Positions 40,599 to 49,574 of a stretch of DNA of 64,000 nt are shown here, piece by piece. Below the pieces are notes generated by a model. It saw only the letters and a list, made by a program, of their open reading frames with translations. It made no database searches and was not told where the DNA came from. Origin of the DNA: an uncultured Bacteroidota bacterium (lineage in GTDB: Bacteria > Bacteroidota > Ignavibacteria > UBA10030 > UBA6906); contig CAVOYH010000003.1 in NCBI GenBank assembly GCA_963700635.1, positions 864,001 through 928,000 on the forward strand, in the 5' to 3' direction. Both the position numbers and the translations under genes were made by a program. How positions within the stretch are numbered: position 1 is the stretch's first letter; each line of letters begins with the position of its first letter.

Positions 40599-41420
40599 AT
40601 GCGAATGCAAATACTTCTTCTTGTGGCTGTCCTCGGCCTGGGTGAAGCGCGCGGTCAATCCGATACGCTTGCTGCCGCACCCCGGTGGTCCGAAGTGGTC
40701 GGGCATGATCTTCACACGTTCTGGCGTGCCGGGTTGCATCTCGGCAGCGCTCCTGCCCGCTGGGATTTCCATGACGTAGCACATGCCGGCATAATGATCG
40801 GACTCACCGGGATTGCGTCGTTTGGCGACAATGACGGACGAGAGACCGCAGACCGGATGAGAAGCACGACAGCCGACAGGGTAGAGTCCGTGGCAAGGCA
40901 ATATGGCGACGTATGGGTGCTCACCGTGCTCACGGGAGGCACCTATGTGGCAGGTTTGGTCTTTGAAGATACCTGGTTGCGTGAGACAGCCCTCCTTGCC
41001 GGCACAAGTCTTCTTCTGACCACAGCAGCAACGCGTATCTTGAAGATCACCATTGGGAGAGGACGGCCGTACTCCACCACAGACCCCCGAAAATTCCGAA
41101 TGTTCTCTGTAGCCGATGCATACAGTTCGTTTCCTTCAGGACATGCCGTTGCCGCATTCTCCATCTCCGCCGTTCTTGCGTACCGCATCGATAATGACTG
41201 GGCCACGGCGGGTTTGTACGGGCTCGCTACCCTCACGGCTCTTTCAAGAATCTACTCTTATGAACACTGGTTTTCCGACATTGTATTTGGCGCATTGTTT
41301 TCCACCGCCATGACGAGGACCCTGATACGCTGGTATGACGGCCAGGATACGGCCACGACAACATCGGGATTCAGACTGGTTCCTACGACCGGCGGGATCA
41401 TGGTCACGTACACATTTTAG
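40599..41420 (+). CDS. PAP2-family phosphatase
   Basis: K...GRGRP, SFPSGH and SRIY...HWFSD motifs, with an N-terminal signal peptide. Confidence 0.92.
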   Translation: MRMQILLLVAVLGLGEARGQSDTLAAAPRWSEVVGHDLHTFWRAGLHLGSAPARWDFHDVAHAGIMIGLTGIASFGDNDGRETADRMRSTTADRVESVARQYGDVWVLTVLTGGTYVAGLVFEDTWLRETALLAGTSLLLTTAATRILKITIGRGRPYSTTDPRKFRMFSVADAYSSFPSGHAVAAFSISAVLAYRIDNDWATAGLYGLATLTALSRIYSYEHWFSDIVFGALFSTAMTRTLIRWYDGQDTATTTSGFRLVPTTGGIMVTYTF

Positions 41421-41520
41421 CTACAGCGTACACCGTTCCGTACCGGAACAAACTCACGCAGGGGAATGCGCCTGAACGCGCCGCTGCCCTGCATCGTCCC
41501 CAAAAACGTATAGGAAACTC

Positions 41521-41985
41521 ATGACCCATCTCCGTCATGTACTACTTTCCTGCATACTTGCAGCGGGCTTCCTGCATGTTGCTTCGCCGGTCTGGAGCCA
41601 GCAGGCTCTTCCCGAAGCCGACCGGATCATCGGTGTGTGGCTCACTGCTGACGGCAAGGCGCACATCGAAGTGTCCAGAACCGGTGAGCAGTATTCAGGA
41701 AAAATCATCTGGCTTGCGGAGCCGGAAAAGAACGGAAAGCCGGTAGTTGATGACAAGAATCCTGATGAGGCGCTCCGCGGGCGGCCCATTCTTTTGATGG
41801 AGCTGATGTTCGGGTTTGTCTATGATGGAGACAACACCTGGGTGGATGGAAGGGTGTATGATCCGGAGGATGGGGACGAATACCGGGGTAAGGTACAGCT
41901 GGTGGATGATTCCACCATGGAACTGCGCGGGTACGTTCTGATTCCGTTATTTGGCCGGACTGAAACCTGGACCCGGGTGCGGTGA
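41521..41985 (+). CDS. DUF2147 domain exported protein
   Basis: IIGVWLT, GKIIWL, D.KNPD..LR.RP, YDPEDG..Y and LRGY....FGRTETW.R. Confidence 0.9.
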   Translation: MTHLRHVLLSCILAAGFLHVASPVWSQQALPEADRIIGVWLTADGKAHIEVSRTGEQYSGKIIWLAEPEKNGKPVVDDKNPDEALRGRPILLMELMFGFVYDGDNTWVDGRVYDPEDGDEYRGKVQLVDDSTMELRGYVLIPLFGRTETWTRVR

Positions 41986-42059
41986 ACCGGTCCATTCCGC
42001 TCGAAGGGAGACAGTTGTGTGAAGGATCGCGCCGCGTTGTCGCGAGGTATTTCGTAGAA

Positions 42060-42096
42060 AAGAAAGAAGGGCATCAGAGTTCCTGATGCCCTTTTT
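42060..42096. terminator. Bidirectional intrinsic terminator (DUF2147 gene / tRNA-Pro)
   Basis: AAGGGCATCAG-agttc-CTGATGCCCTT, flanked by an A-rich tract on one side and a T tract on the other. Confidence 0.85.
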
Positions 42097-42098
42097 AG

Positions 42099-42172
42099 TC
42101 GGAGCGGGGGGATTTGAACCCCCGACCCCTTGAACCCCATTCAAGTGCGCTACCGGGCTGCGCTACGCTCCG
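42099..42172 (-). tRNA. tRNA-Pro(GGG)
   Basis: CGGAGCG...CGCTCCG-A acceptor stem, CTTGA-AT-GGG-GT-TCAAG anticodon arm, GGTTCAAATC T-loop. CCA not encoded. Confidence 0.97.
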
Positions 42173-42183
42173 TTACCCCGATA

Positions 42184-42212
42184 AATGTACAGAGATCTCC
42201 AATAAAACGCAA
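42184..42212 (-). promoter_or_regulatory. sigma70-type promoter of tRNA-Pro
   Basis: TTGCGT-N17-TACATT. Confidence 0.65.
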
Positions 42213-42287
42213 ATACACAGGGGCGACGGCTGGATTGTACGATGAAGAATGAGTCTTTGCGGGAAGGGTGAACCGGTATGTGGGACG

Positions 42288-42671
42288 CTAATTCAGCTTC
42301 TTCAGGAGATCTTCCAAAAACTGCTTCACCTCCAGCACATCCGCACGGAGCTGATCGTCTTTGATCTTGGGGCGGGGCTTCGGGGGGTCCATCAACTCCA
42401 ATTGCTCGCCAGTGTCCACCTCGGGTGTGAAGGTCTTCAGCACCTGCTTTGCTCCCTCGATGGTGTACCGTTCGTCCCGCAAGAGCTTTTTGATGTAGAG
42501 GATGAGCTTGATTTCACGGTTGGTATAAATCCGGTTGCCAGCCCGGTTTTTGGCCGGCTTGAGCTGGTCAAATTCCGACTCCCAGTACCGCAGCACGTAC
42601 TGCTCCAGATCGGTGATTTTACTCACCTCGCTAATGGAGTAGTACAACTTCTTTATGCCGAGAGATTTCAT
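42288..42671 (-). CDS. MerR-family HTH regulator
   Basis: KLYYSISEV...LEQYVLRYWESEF..LKP.KNRAGNR.Y and YTIEGA. Confidence 0.92.
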   Translation of the reverse strand: MKSLGIKKLYYSISEVSKITDLEQYVLRYWESEFDQLKPAKNRAGNRIYTNREIKLILYIKKLLRDERYTIEGAKQVLKTFTPEVDTGEQLELMDPPKPRPKIKDDQLRADVLEVKQFLEDLLKKLN

Positions 42672-42691
42672 GCTGAACCGTGTCCGTGAAG

Positions 42692-42720
42692 AAAATACGG
42701 ATTCCCTCGAAGAGATGCAA
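42692..42720 (-). promoter_or_regulatory. sigma70-type promoter of the MerR gene
   Basis: TTGCAT-N17-TATTTT. Confidence 0.55.
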
Positions 42721-42729
42721 TTCGCCCCG

Positions 42730-43344
42730 TCACCGGCCCTGTCGCGATCGTGAGAGGTTGATGTCGACTTCCTTGAGCTTCTTCAGTTCATTTCGTGCCG
42801 AGGCCACCTCCCGCTCCATAGCCTGAAGTCGCTCCATATCCTGAAGCCGCTCCTGGAGCCGTTCCTGGAGCCGCCGGGTCTGGGAGAGGATTGTTCCTGC
42901 CTGGCGTCGTACGGTCAATTCCACACTGTCGACAATCACACGTTGCCGCCTGGCTTCACGGGCGCGGACCAGGAGCCGATCCAGGAGTGCAATACTCACC
43001 TCTGCCTGGAGCTGTTCATCCGGCGATTTGGTGCGGGCGATGGTATTACGGAACCAGAGAATCGCCAGGGAGTCGTTTCGGGATGGATTCCGCGGACTGC
43101 TGAGCAGCAGGGCCGTCTTGTGCGTGGCAGTGGCTCCCCATTCTGTTTCCGGAAAGTTTTCCGCGACGATCGAGAACAGATGGATCGCTCTGGGAAAATC
43201 GCCGCTCTGCGCCAGGGTGTTGGCCAGCCGCAATTGCCGTTCGGGTTCCGACGGTAGAGGAGAGGATCGCGCTCCCGGTGGAGGGTCACAGGTAGCGCCG
43301 ATAAGGGCCAGAGGGAGCAACAGTGTGAAGAGAATCCGTTTCAC
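42730..43344 (-). CDS. Probable lipoprotein, TPR-like helices plus C-terminal coiled coil (QseG/YfhG-like)
   Basis: Signal peptide ending GAT-C, helical repeat with 'PRNP.RN...A...F', and coiled coil ending LKKLKEVDINL. Directly follows a HAMP kinase. Confidence 0.6.
   Translation of the reverse strand: MKRILFTLLLPLALIGATCDPPPGARSSPLPSEPERQLRLANTLAQSGDFPRAIHLFSIVAENFPETEWGATATHKTALLLSSPRNPSRNDSLAILWFRNTIARTKSPDEQLQAEVSIALLDRLLVRAREARRQRVIVDSVELTVRRQAGTILSQTRRLQERLQERLQDMERLQAMEREVASARNELKKLKEVDINLSRSRQGR
42812..42873 (-). repeat. In-frame tandem duplications (2x18 bp, 2x12 bp) encoding RLQE-RLQE-RLQDME-RLQAME
   Basis: cgctccatagcctgaagt/cgctccatatcctgaagc and cgctcctggagc/cgttcctggagc on the + strand. 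Confidence 0.75.
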
Positions 43345-43355
43345 GATACCCCCCC

Positions 43356-44810
43356 CTAATGCGTGAATATTGGCTGGTTGATGGGCTTGTCAGGCACCGC
43401 GGGCAGTTCGACCGTGAAGGTTGAACCCAGACCCGGGGTACTGTTCGCGTAGACTTTTCCGCCGTGGCCGTCGACGATAGCCTTTACAAGAGCCAGTCCG
43501 ACGCCCGTCCCCTTCACGTTGATCTGCGAAATATTTTTTGCCTGGAAAAACTTTGTAAAGAGTTTTGGGAGATCATCCGGCGCAATCCCTACTCCCGAAT
43601 CCTTCACCGCTATCCGGGCGCCTCCATCACACGCACCGATGGTCACGGTGATGTTGCCCCCCTTCTGCGTAAACTTGACGGCGTTGTTCAGCAGATTGCT
43701 CAACACGGTCGTGACCTTGTCGGGATCGGCTTCCACAAAGGGGACTGCCTGTGCAGCGAGGCCGATCGTGATGTCCTTCTGGGAAGCAACAAGTCGGGCG
43801 TTGTTGATGACCGGTGTGATAACAGAAAGCAGATCGATGGAGCGGGGATGGAACTCCATCATGCCTGCCTCAATCTTGGCCAGATCGAGGAATTGATTGC
43901 TGAATGTTGAAAGCGCGTCGATGTTATCGCGGATTGTCGTGAGCAGAGTCCGCTGTCGGTCGTTAAGCGGACCGGCGATCTGTTCGGCAAGCATGTAGTA
44001 CGCAGCATGCATTGCCTGAAGGGGTGTCCGCAGTTCGTGCGAGATCTGCTGCATCATGTCCGCTTTATATTCATCGATCTTCTTGAGCCGCGCACTCATG
44101 GAATTAAAGGCGCGCAGGACCATCCCGACTTCATCTTTTGAGTGCACGGGAATTGTATGGAACTCGCCCCGCGCAATCCGTTCCGTACTCTGACGGAGCA
44201 GTGTCAGAGGCGCCGAAATCGCATGGGTGATCATGAATGCCACGCCGATTGTTGCGAGTAACGCGCCGAGAACAAGGAAGATACCAACGTGGAGGGACTC
44301 CGTGGCTTTCTGTTCTACCTGTGAGAGAGCGAGCCCGATAGAATTCTGGTTAAGCAGCACAAGGCGCTCCAGACCGGTATGCGCGACATCCATGCTGTCC
44401 ATAATCTGACCGCTCCGGATCATCGGGCGTGCCTCCCGTGCGCGAATTGCGAGCGGGAGCCAATCGTGCACACGCCGCACGCTCTGAAAAACCCGCTGCT
44501 CCTCGCGTCCCGGAAGCACCGTTTCCAGGGAATCCAAGCGGGAGAGTGTTTTCGCGCGTGCTTCACTGAAGAGCCGGTTGTAGAGAGGATCGCCGGTCAC
44601 GAGGAATTTTTGCGCGTACCGTTCCTCTTCATTCAGAAATGCATGTAATCGTTGCGCATTGTCAATGGCAACGACATCGGCTGTGAGTGATGTGGTGACG
44701 GCGGTGGACACCGAATTAAGATTTACAAGGGTATATCCGTGCACCACGATCAGTGCAGCGATAATCAGACCGAATCCCAACACCAGTTTCCAATAGAGCG
44801 AGATTCTCAT
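43356..44810 (-). CDS. HAMP-domain sensor histidine kinase (GlrK/QseE-like)
   Basis: TM, periplasmic 4-helix domain, TM, HAMP (DEVG....AFNSM), ISHELRTPL, NAVKF, DSGVGI and GTGVGLAL. Confidence 0.92.
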   Translation of the reverse strand: MRISLYWKLVLGFGLIIAALIVVHGYTLVNLNSVSTAVTTSLTADVVAIDNAQRLHAFLNEEERYAQKFLVTGDPLYNRLFSEARAKTLSRLDSLETVLPGREEQRVFQSVRRVHDWLPLAIRAREARPMIRSGQIMDSMDVAHTGLERLVLLNQNSIGLALSQVEQKATESLHVGIFLVLGALLATIGVAFMITHAISAPLTLLRQSTERIARGEFHTIPVHSKDEVGMVLRAFNSMSARLKKIDEYKADMMQQISHELRTPLQAMHAAYYMLAEQIAGPLNDRQRTLLTTIRDNIDALSTFSNQFLDLAKIEAGMMEFHPRSIDLLSVITPVINNARLVASQKDITIGLAAQAVPFVEADPDKVTTVLSNLLNNAVKFTQKGGNITVTIGACDGGARIAVKDSGVGIAPDDLPKLFTKFFQAKNISQINVKGTGVGLALVKAIVDGHGGKVYANSTPGLGSTFTVELPAVPDKPINQPIFTH

Positions 44811-45181
44811 CGGGAATCCTCAATCACTGCCATTGCCACCACGTGGGAGTCGGCATGCGACAGGGAGATCAGGATGCGGGAAGCTCCCAGATGCTCTCTG
44901 AGCCGACCGTAGACGGATATCCGGGGTTGACCGGAGGGATCGTTGGTCACTTCGATATCCTTCCAGCGAAAGTCACCGGCCCAGCCGGTGGCGAGTGCTT
45001 TGCTCACCGCTTCCTTTGCGGCAAACCGTGCCGCAAAATGCTGAAAGCGGTTATGTTTGGCGTTACAATAGGTGATTTCCGTATGGGTGAACACTTTTTC
45101 CAGAAACCGCAGCTCTTCACTCTCCACCAATCGCCGGATACGACCCGTGTCCACGATATCGACGCCGATGCCCCGGATCAT
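44807..45181 (-). CDS. acpS: Holo-ACP synthase
   Basis: GIGVDIV, AARFAAKEAVSKA and ISLSH. Confidence 0.97.
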   Translation of the reverse strand: MIRGIGVDIVDTGRIRRLVESEELRFLEKVFTHTEITYCNAKHNRFQHFAARFAAKEAVSKALATGWAGDFRWKDIEVTNDPSGQPRISVYGRLREHLGASRILISLSHADSHVVAMAVIEDSR

Positions 45182-45885
45182 GGGTGTTCTCCCCGGCTTG
45201 CGTGAAGGGCATTCTCACGATCAATGACGTCGAGCAGCTCCGATACATCATTCAATTCGTAGCGCGCGTGTGATTCGACGGTACCGAACGTGTCGCCGTA
45301 CCGGGCAAACACTGTTGTAATGCCGACCTGGGCGGCGCCGACCATATCCCGTTCGGCCCAATCACCCACCATGAGCGTCTCATGAGGCTTCACCTTGAGC
45401 AGGGTAAGTGCCCGGAGGAATGGGGCGGGGCTTGGTTTCCGCTCGCCCGTGTCTTCGAATGTGATCACGGAGTCAAAGAGATGATGAAAACCAAGATAAC
45501 AGAGTCGCAACCATGCCTCCCGGCCGGGTGCGTCGGATACCACGGCGAGCCTGACGCCCCGTTTGATCAGGGCAACCAGCGTCATGTTCACATGGGGATA
45601 GGGCACAAGAGCCGCCTCGCGCGCCCGCCGGTACGCAATGATGCCGGCTGAGAGGATTTTGTAATCCACCTTCTGAAACACGTCATACAGAAGCTGATCA
45701 AACACGTTTTGAAATTCGATGCCCCGTTCTTTGTATATGGCATCGATACGCTCCTGTGCTTGAGCGACGGTGAGTCCGAGGCCTGCGTCGATCATGGCTG
45801 TAATGGCGGCAGTGACAGCCTGCCGCTTCATGCTCATAAAATCGACGAGTGTGTTATCGAGGTCAAAGATTACCGCTTTGATCAT
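45178..45885 (-). CDS. HAD-family hydrolase, subfamily IA
   Basis: IFDLDNTL, VVSD, RKP and MVGD..RDMVGA. Confidence 0.92.
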   Translation of the reverse strand: MIKAVIFDLDNTLVDFMSMKRQAVTAAITAMIDAGLGLTVAQAQERIDAIYKERGIEFQNVFDQLLYDVFQKVDYKILSAGIIAYRRAREAALVPYPHVNMTLVALIKRGVRLAVVSDAPGREAWLRLCYLGFHHLFDSVITFEDTGERKPSPAPFLRALTLLKVKPHETLMVGDWAERDMVGAAQVGITTVFARYGDTFGTVESHARYELNDVSELLDVIDRENALHASRGEHP

Positions 45886-45889
45886 ACGT

Positions 45890-46162
45890 TCACTGTGCGG
45901 TGTGCGTGCTTCTGGCTGCTTCGTCTTCCACGAAGGCCCGCACTGCGGGCTTCAGATAGACGTTGTCCAGACCGATCCCGTGCAGCGCTGTCGCGAGGAC
46001 AGACGCTTTGCGGGTTGGCATCAACCTCTTGTTGATCAGCAGCAGCTTTTCGTCGCGCAGAATACAATACCCACCCTCGAAATCACCACGTTCAAAACGG
46101 ATGGTGACGCCGATCTGCGCGGCTGCGGACTGCAATTCCTGCATAAGGTCTTCGTGCTTCAT
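45890..46162 (-). CDS. Small hypothetical protein (ImmA/IrrE N-terminal-like, no HExxH)
   Basis: ATGA-coupled to the upstream gene. G..C......I.IN..L...RK..VLA pattern. Confidence 0.65.
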   Translation of the reverse strand: MKHEDLMQELQSAAAQIGVTIRFERGDFEGGYCILRDEKLLLINKRLMPTRKASVLATALHGIGLDNVYLKPAVRAFVEDEAARSTHTAQ

Positions 46163-47112
46163 CGGGTGCCACCTGTGCGCTGCCGGAACGGCTGGACGAC
46201 CGCAAGGAGGATGATGGTATAGTAACACAGGACACCGACAAGCGGGGCTCCTGCCAGAGCGCTCACACGCGCGAGGAAAATCTCGCGGAGTGCAAACAGG
46301 TTTCCACCATCACCCAGCGCCATCATAATCATCCGCAGATCAAGCACCATGGTAAACACCTCCACCGGTACAAAGACATACAGAAGGATGGCAGCCGTCA
46401 TGAGCCAGCCATGCTCCCGCAGGCGAAACGGTGAACGTGCGAGGAACACGACGCTGCCCAGGAGGACAAGCAGATACCCCACGATCATCACGATACCCAG
46501 ATACGACAGTTGACGGTATACGTGGTATTCGACTGCAGAGGGTATGTTGGGATCCAACGCCACTGTTCCCGGGACGAGAAGGTCGTTGGCCAGCACTGCA
46601 CGGGCGAAAATCGCGCCCAGCCAGAAAATCGCGCCGATGAGCAACACGAAGAGCGCACCGCGCCAGACGGCCGATGAAACGTTGTGGAGGGCGCGCCGCG
46701 GGCTTGTATCCAACAACCAATTCTTGTACCAGCGTAGATCAGAACAGAGAGCAAACACATTCTGCAATGCTTCAGGCGTGAGCCGGAAATATTCCGCGTC
46801 AAACGTTGCGCGCTGTTCATCCGTACCGTGACGCAACACTTCGCCGGTAAGTGTCTTTACTCTCTCGATCCCTTTTTGCATCTCGGCTGCAAGAACATCT
46901 GCCCCTTCAGCGCCGGGACCAATCCTCTGTAATGTGCGCGAACTGTTTGCAACAAACTTGGCGTGGAAACTGAGATCGGCAAGTACATCGTCACATTGCG
47001 CTTGCCGGGCAAGTTCGATCAACGTTAAAAGATCCCGACGCCGGATCAGCTTGCCTCCGGAGAGTGTCTCGAGGGCGAGCATAACATCGGCAGGAGGGGG
47101 GTTGGTGTTCAT
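46159..47112 (-). CDS. Hypothetical two-domain protein: soluble helical N-domain plus 4-TM C-domain
   Basis: About 135 aa hydrophilic helical region, a short linker, then four hydrophobic helices ending AVVQPF. Confidence 0.75.
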   Translation of the reverse strand: MNTNPPPADVMLALETLSGGKLIRRRDLLTLIELARQAQCDDVLADLSFHAKFVANSSRTLQRIGPGAEGADVLAAEMQKGIERVKTLTGEVLRHGTDEQRATFDAEYFRLTPEALQNVFALCSDLRWYKNWLLDTSPRRALHNVSSAVWRGALFVLLIGAIFWLGAIFARAVLANDLLVPGTVALDPNIPSAVEYHVYRQLSYLGIVMIVGYLLVLLGSVVFLARSPFRLREHGWLMTAAILLYVFVPVEVFTMVLDLRMIMMALGDGGNLFALREIFLARVSALAGAPLVGVLCYYTIILLAVVQPFRQRTGGTR

Positions 47113-47136
47113 CCAGTGCAGAATTCGGTTGAAGGG

Positions 47137-47165
47137 AATATACGAAATCCTTTAAGGACTATCAA
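47137..47165 (-). promoter_or_regulatory. sigma70-type promoter of the 47112->42730 operon
   Basis: TTGATA-N17-TATATT. Confidence 0.65.
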
Positions 47166-47210
47166 TTAATTGCTTCTCTTTTCCTTATTTTCGATATTCG
47201 GTATAGACCC

Positions 47211-49574
47211 ATGCTCCCCTCATTGATAACAGACGGACGGCTCCGATCCAGGCTGGACCGGATCCTACAGTCCCTGCGGATTCCAGGTTCTCTGGCGGTC
47301 AAGGTCCTTCTGGCGGTGGGACTGCTCGGGACGCTGGCCCTGATGTTCCCCCGGGGCGAGTCTCTGGAGCTCGAGTTCAAAGTAGGGGCCATCTGGGCCC
47401 AGAAAGACCTGATTGCCCCCTTTTCATTCCCCATTTTCCGTGACGAGAGGGAGTATCAGAGTGATGTAAACGAGGCCAAAGAAAGGGTCTTGCAGGTTTT
47501 CGAGCGTGATACGCTCGTTGTCACCCGCCAACTCAGACGACTTGATGAGTTTTTCCAAAGGGTATCCGAGGCGGTCAAGGTCGACCGGCAGTTCAAACGG
47601 GGCCTGCGCCGCGGGGACTCTGCTGCGTCAGAAGATTCACTGCTCTTCGTCCAACTTGCTTCTTCCCTGGATATACCGTTTAACCCCCGTGAATGGGCCC
47701 TTCTGGATATACTTTCCAGCAGCGGCGGCCTCAGTCGCATGCATGTCCTGATTGCCGGTGGCCTGCGCGACCTCCATGCTGTGGGTATTCTGGACCGGAG
47801 TAAGGGCACCATTATCCCTTCCGAGCTGGCGCAGCGTAATGGCAACATTGAAGAAATTCTCCCCGCAGCACGTTTTTACGACCATGCGGACGTCGTCGGG
47901 CAGCTCGAAACGAAATTGCTGGTGTTTTACGGAGGGGACAATGATACGGTAAACCTTGCCTACAAGATCGCCGTGATGCATGTTGCCCCGAACGTTAAAT
48001 TTAGCGAAGAAGCGACGGCTCAATCAATTGCAGCGGCCGCTGACGCTGTCCCGAGAACCCTCGGGTACGTGCAGGAAAATGAACGAATCGTCAGCAAGCA
48101 CGAGCGGTTGACACCCGAGACTCGGCTGAAACTGGAGTCCCTGCGGCGCGTTAAAGTCGAACGTGGACCTGCCTCCGATAGTGTGCTGCAATTATTCGGC
48201 ACGGCGCTGCACGCGACGATTGTGATTGCTCTCTATGCGATCTATCTCTACCTCTTCCGAAAACGGATTTGGAATAGTAACCGTCGCCTTGCGCTCATTG
48301 CGCTTTTGATTTTGATGGAAGGATTTTTTGCGTACCTGTCGCGCGAGCTCGACGTGACCACGCCCATCGAGTATCTTATCGCAGTCCCTGCGGCGGCCAT
48401 GCTGCTTACGATCATCTTTGACTCCCGCGTCGGGTTTTATGGCACCGTGATCATCGCCCTTGTCGTCGCGGGCATCCGTGGCAACGATTATTCTATCGCG
48501 CTTGCATCGGTGGTGGCGGGAGCGCTTTCGGTGTACTCGGTCCGTGACATGAAGAACCGGACCCAGCTCTTCCGGTCACTGGGATTTATCTTCGTCGGCT
48601 ACGCCGCTTCCATCGTCTCACTCGGTATGGAACGGTATGAGCCTGTTTCTGTAATTTTTGAACAAATATCATTTGCCATGGTCAATGCCATCGTTTCGCC
48701 GGTTCTGACCTATGGCCTGCTGATCTTCCTCGAACGGGTGTTCAAGGTTACGACCGATCTCACGCTGATGGAACTGGCCCATTTTAATCATCCGTTGCTC
48801 CGCATGCTTGCCGAGAAGACGCCCGGGACGTATCATCACAGCATGACCATTGTGAGTCTTGCGGAGGCCGCGGCCGTGGCAATCGGTGCCAACGAAGTGC
48901 TGGTCAGAGTCGGCGCACACTTCCATGACATTGGAAAGGTTGTTAAACCGACCTACTTTGTTGAAAACCAGAAGGGGTCCCGGAACCGGCACGATAAACT
49001 CTCGCCGCGAATGAGTTCTCTCATCATCGCCGCGCACGTGAAAGACGGGATAGCGCTGGCACGCGAGTACAGACTGCCGGAAGAAGTTGTAGATTTTATT
49101 CCCATGCATCATGGGACAACCCGAATCGACTACTTCTACAGCAAAGCTCTGAAGCTGGCGGAGAGTTCTGACGACGAGACGAAACTTGACGAAATCAACG
49201 AGCAGGATTACCGGTATCCGGGTCCGAAGCCGCAGACCAAAGAGACAGGGATCATGATGCTGGCGGATGCGGTGGAAGCCACAGTGCGCACTATTGAGGA
49301 ACCGACTCCACAGCGGCTTGCCGACGCAATTGATGAATTGGTGAAACGACGGCTCGATGAAGGCGAACTGGACGAATGCCCGCTCACGCTCAAAGAGATT
49401 ACAAAAGTCAAAGCGGCATTTCTTAACGTCCTTGTGGGTATCTACCACACACGCGTGAAGTACCCAACCTTGCCTCTCACCCGTCTCCGCCAGACGCGAC
49501 AGAAGACGGTGTCTGTGCCCCCGGACGGATCGCGGTCCCAATCGGGATCTACGCCGGATGGTGATCAATCATGA
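47211..49574 (+). CDS. 7TM-HD phosphohydrolase (PgpH-like, candidate c-di-AMP phosphodiesterase)
   Basis: Large extracytoplasmic domain, 7 TM helices, PGTYHHS, HDIGK, YFVENQ, HHGT, YPGPKP and LADAVEA. Confidence 0.92.
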   Translation: MLPSLITDGRLRSRLDRILQSLRIPGSLAVKVLLAVGLLGTLALMFPRGESLELEFKVGAIWAQKDLIAPFSFPIFRDEREYQSDVNEAKERVLQVFERDTLVVTRQLRRLDEFFQRVSEAVKVDRQFKRGLRRGDSAASEDSLLFVQLASSLDIPFNPREWALLDILSSSGGLSRMHVLIAGGLRDLHAVGILDRSKGTIIPSELAQRNGNIEEILPAARFYDHADVVGQLETKLLVFYGGDNDTVNLAYKIAVMHVAPNVKFSEEATAQSIAAAADAVPRTLGYVQENERIVSKHERLTPETRLKLESLRRVKVERGPASDSVLQLFGTALHATIVIALYAIYLYLFRKRIWNSNRRLALIALLILMEGFFAYLSRELDVTTPIEYLIAVPAAAMLLTIIFDSRVGFYGTVIIALVVAGIRGNDYSIALASVVAGALSVYSVRDMKNRTQLFRSLGFIFVGYAASIVSLGMERYEPVSVIFEQISFAMVNAIVSPVLTYGLLIFLERVFKVTTDLTLMELAHFNHPLLRMLAEKTPGTYHHSMTIVSLAEAAAVAIGANEVLVRVGAHFHDIGKVVKPTYFVENQKGSRNRHDKLSPRMSSLIIAAHVKDGIALAREYRLPEEVVDFIPMHHGTTRIDYFYSKALKLAESSDDETKLDEINEQDYRYPGPKPQTKETGIMMLADAVEATVRTIEEPTPQRLADAIDELVKRRLDEGELDECPLTLKEITKVKAAFLNVLVGIYHTRVKYPTLPLTRLRQTRQKTVSVPPDGSRSQSGSTPDGDQS

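Noticed and set aside
41421-41520. Possible ECF promoter (TGAAC-N17-CGTC) and GC hairpin before the DUF2147 gene
   Set aside because: Short motifs that could occur by chance at this GC content, and no second instance was found.
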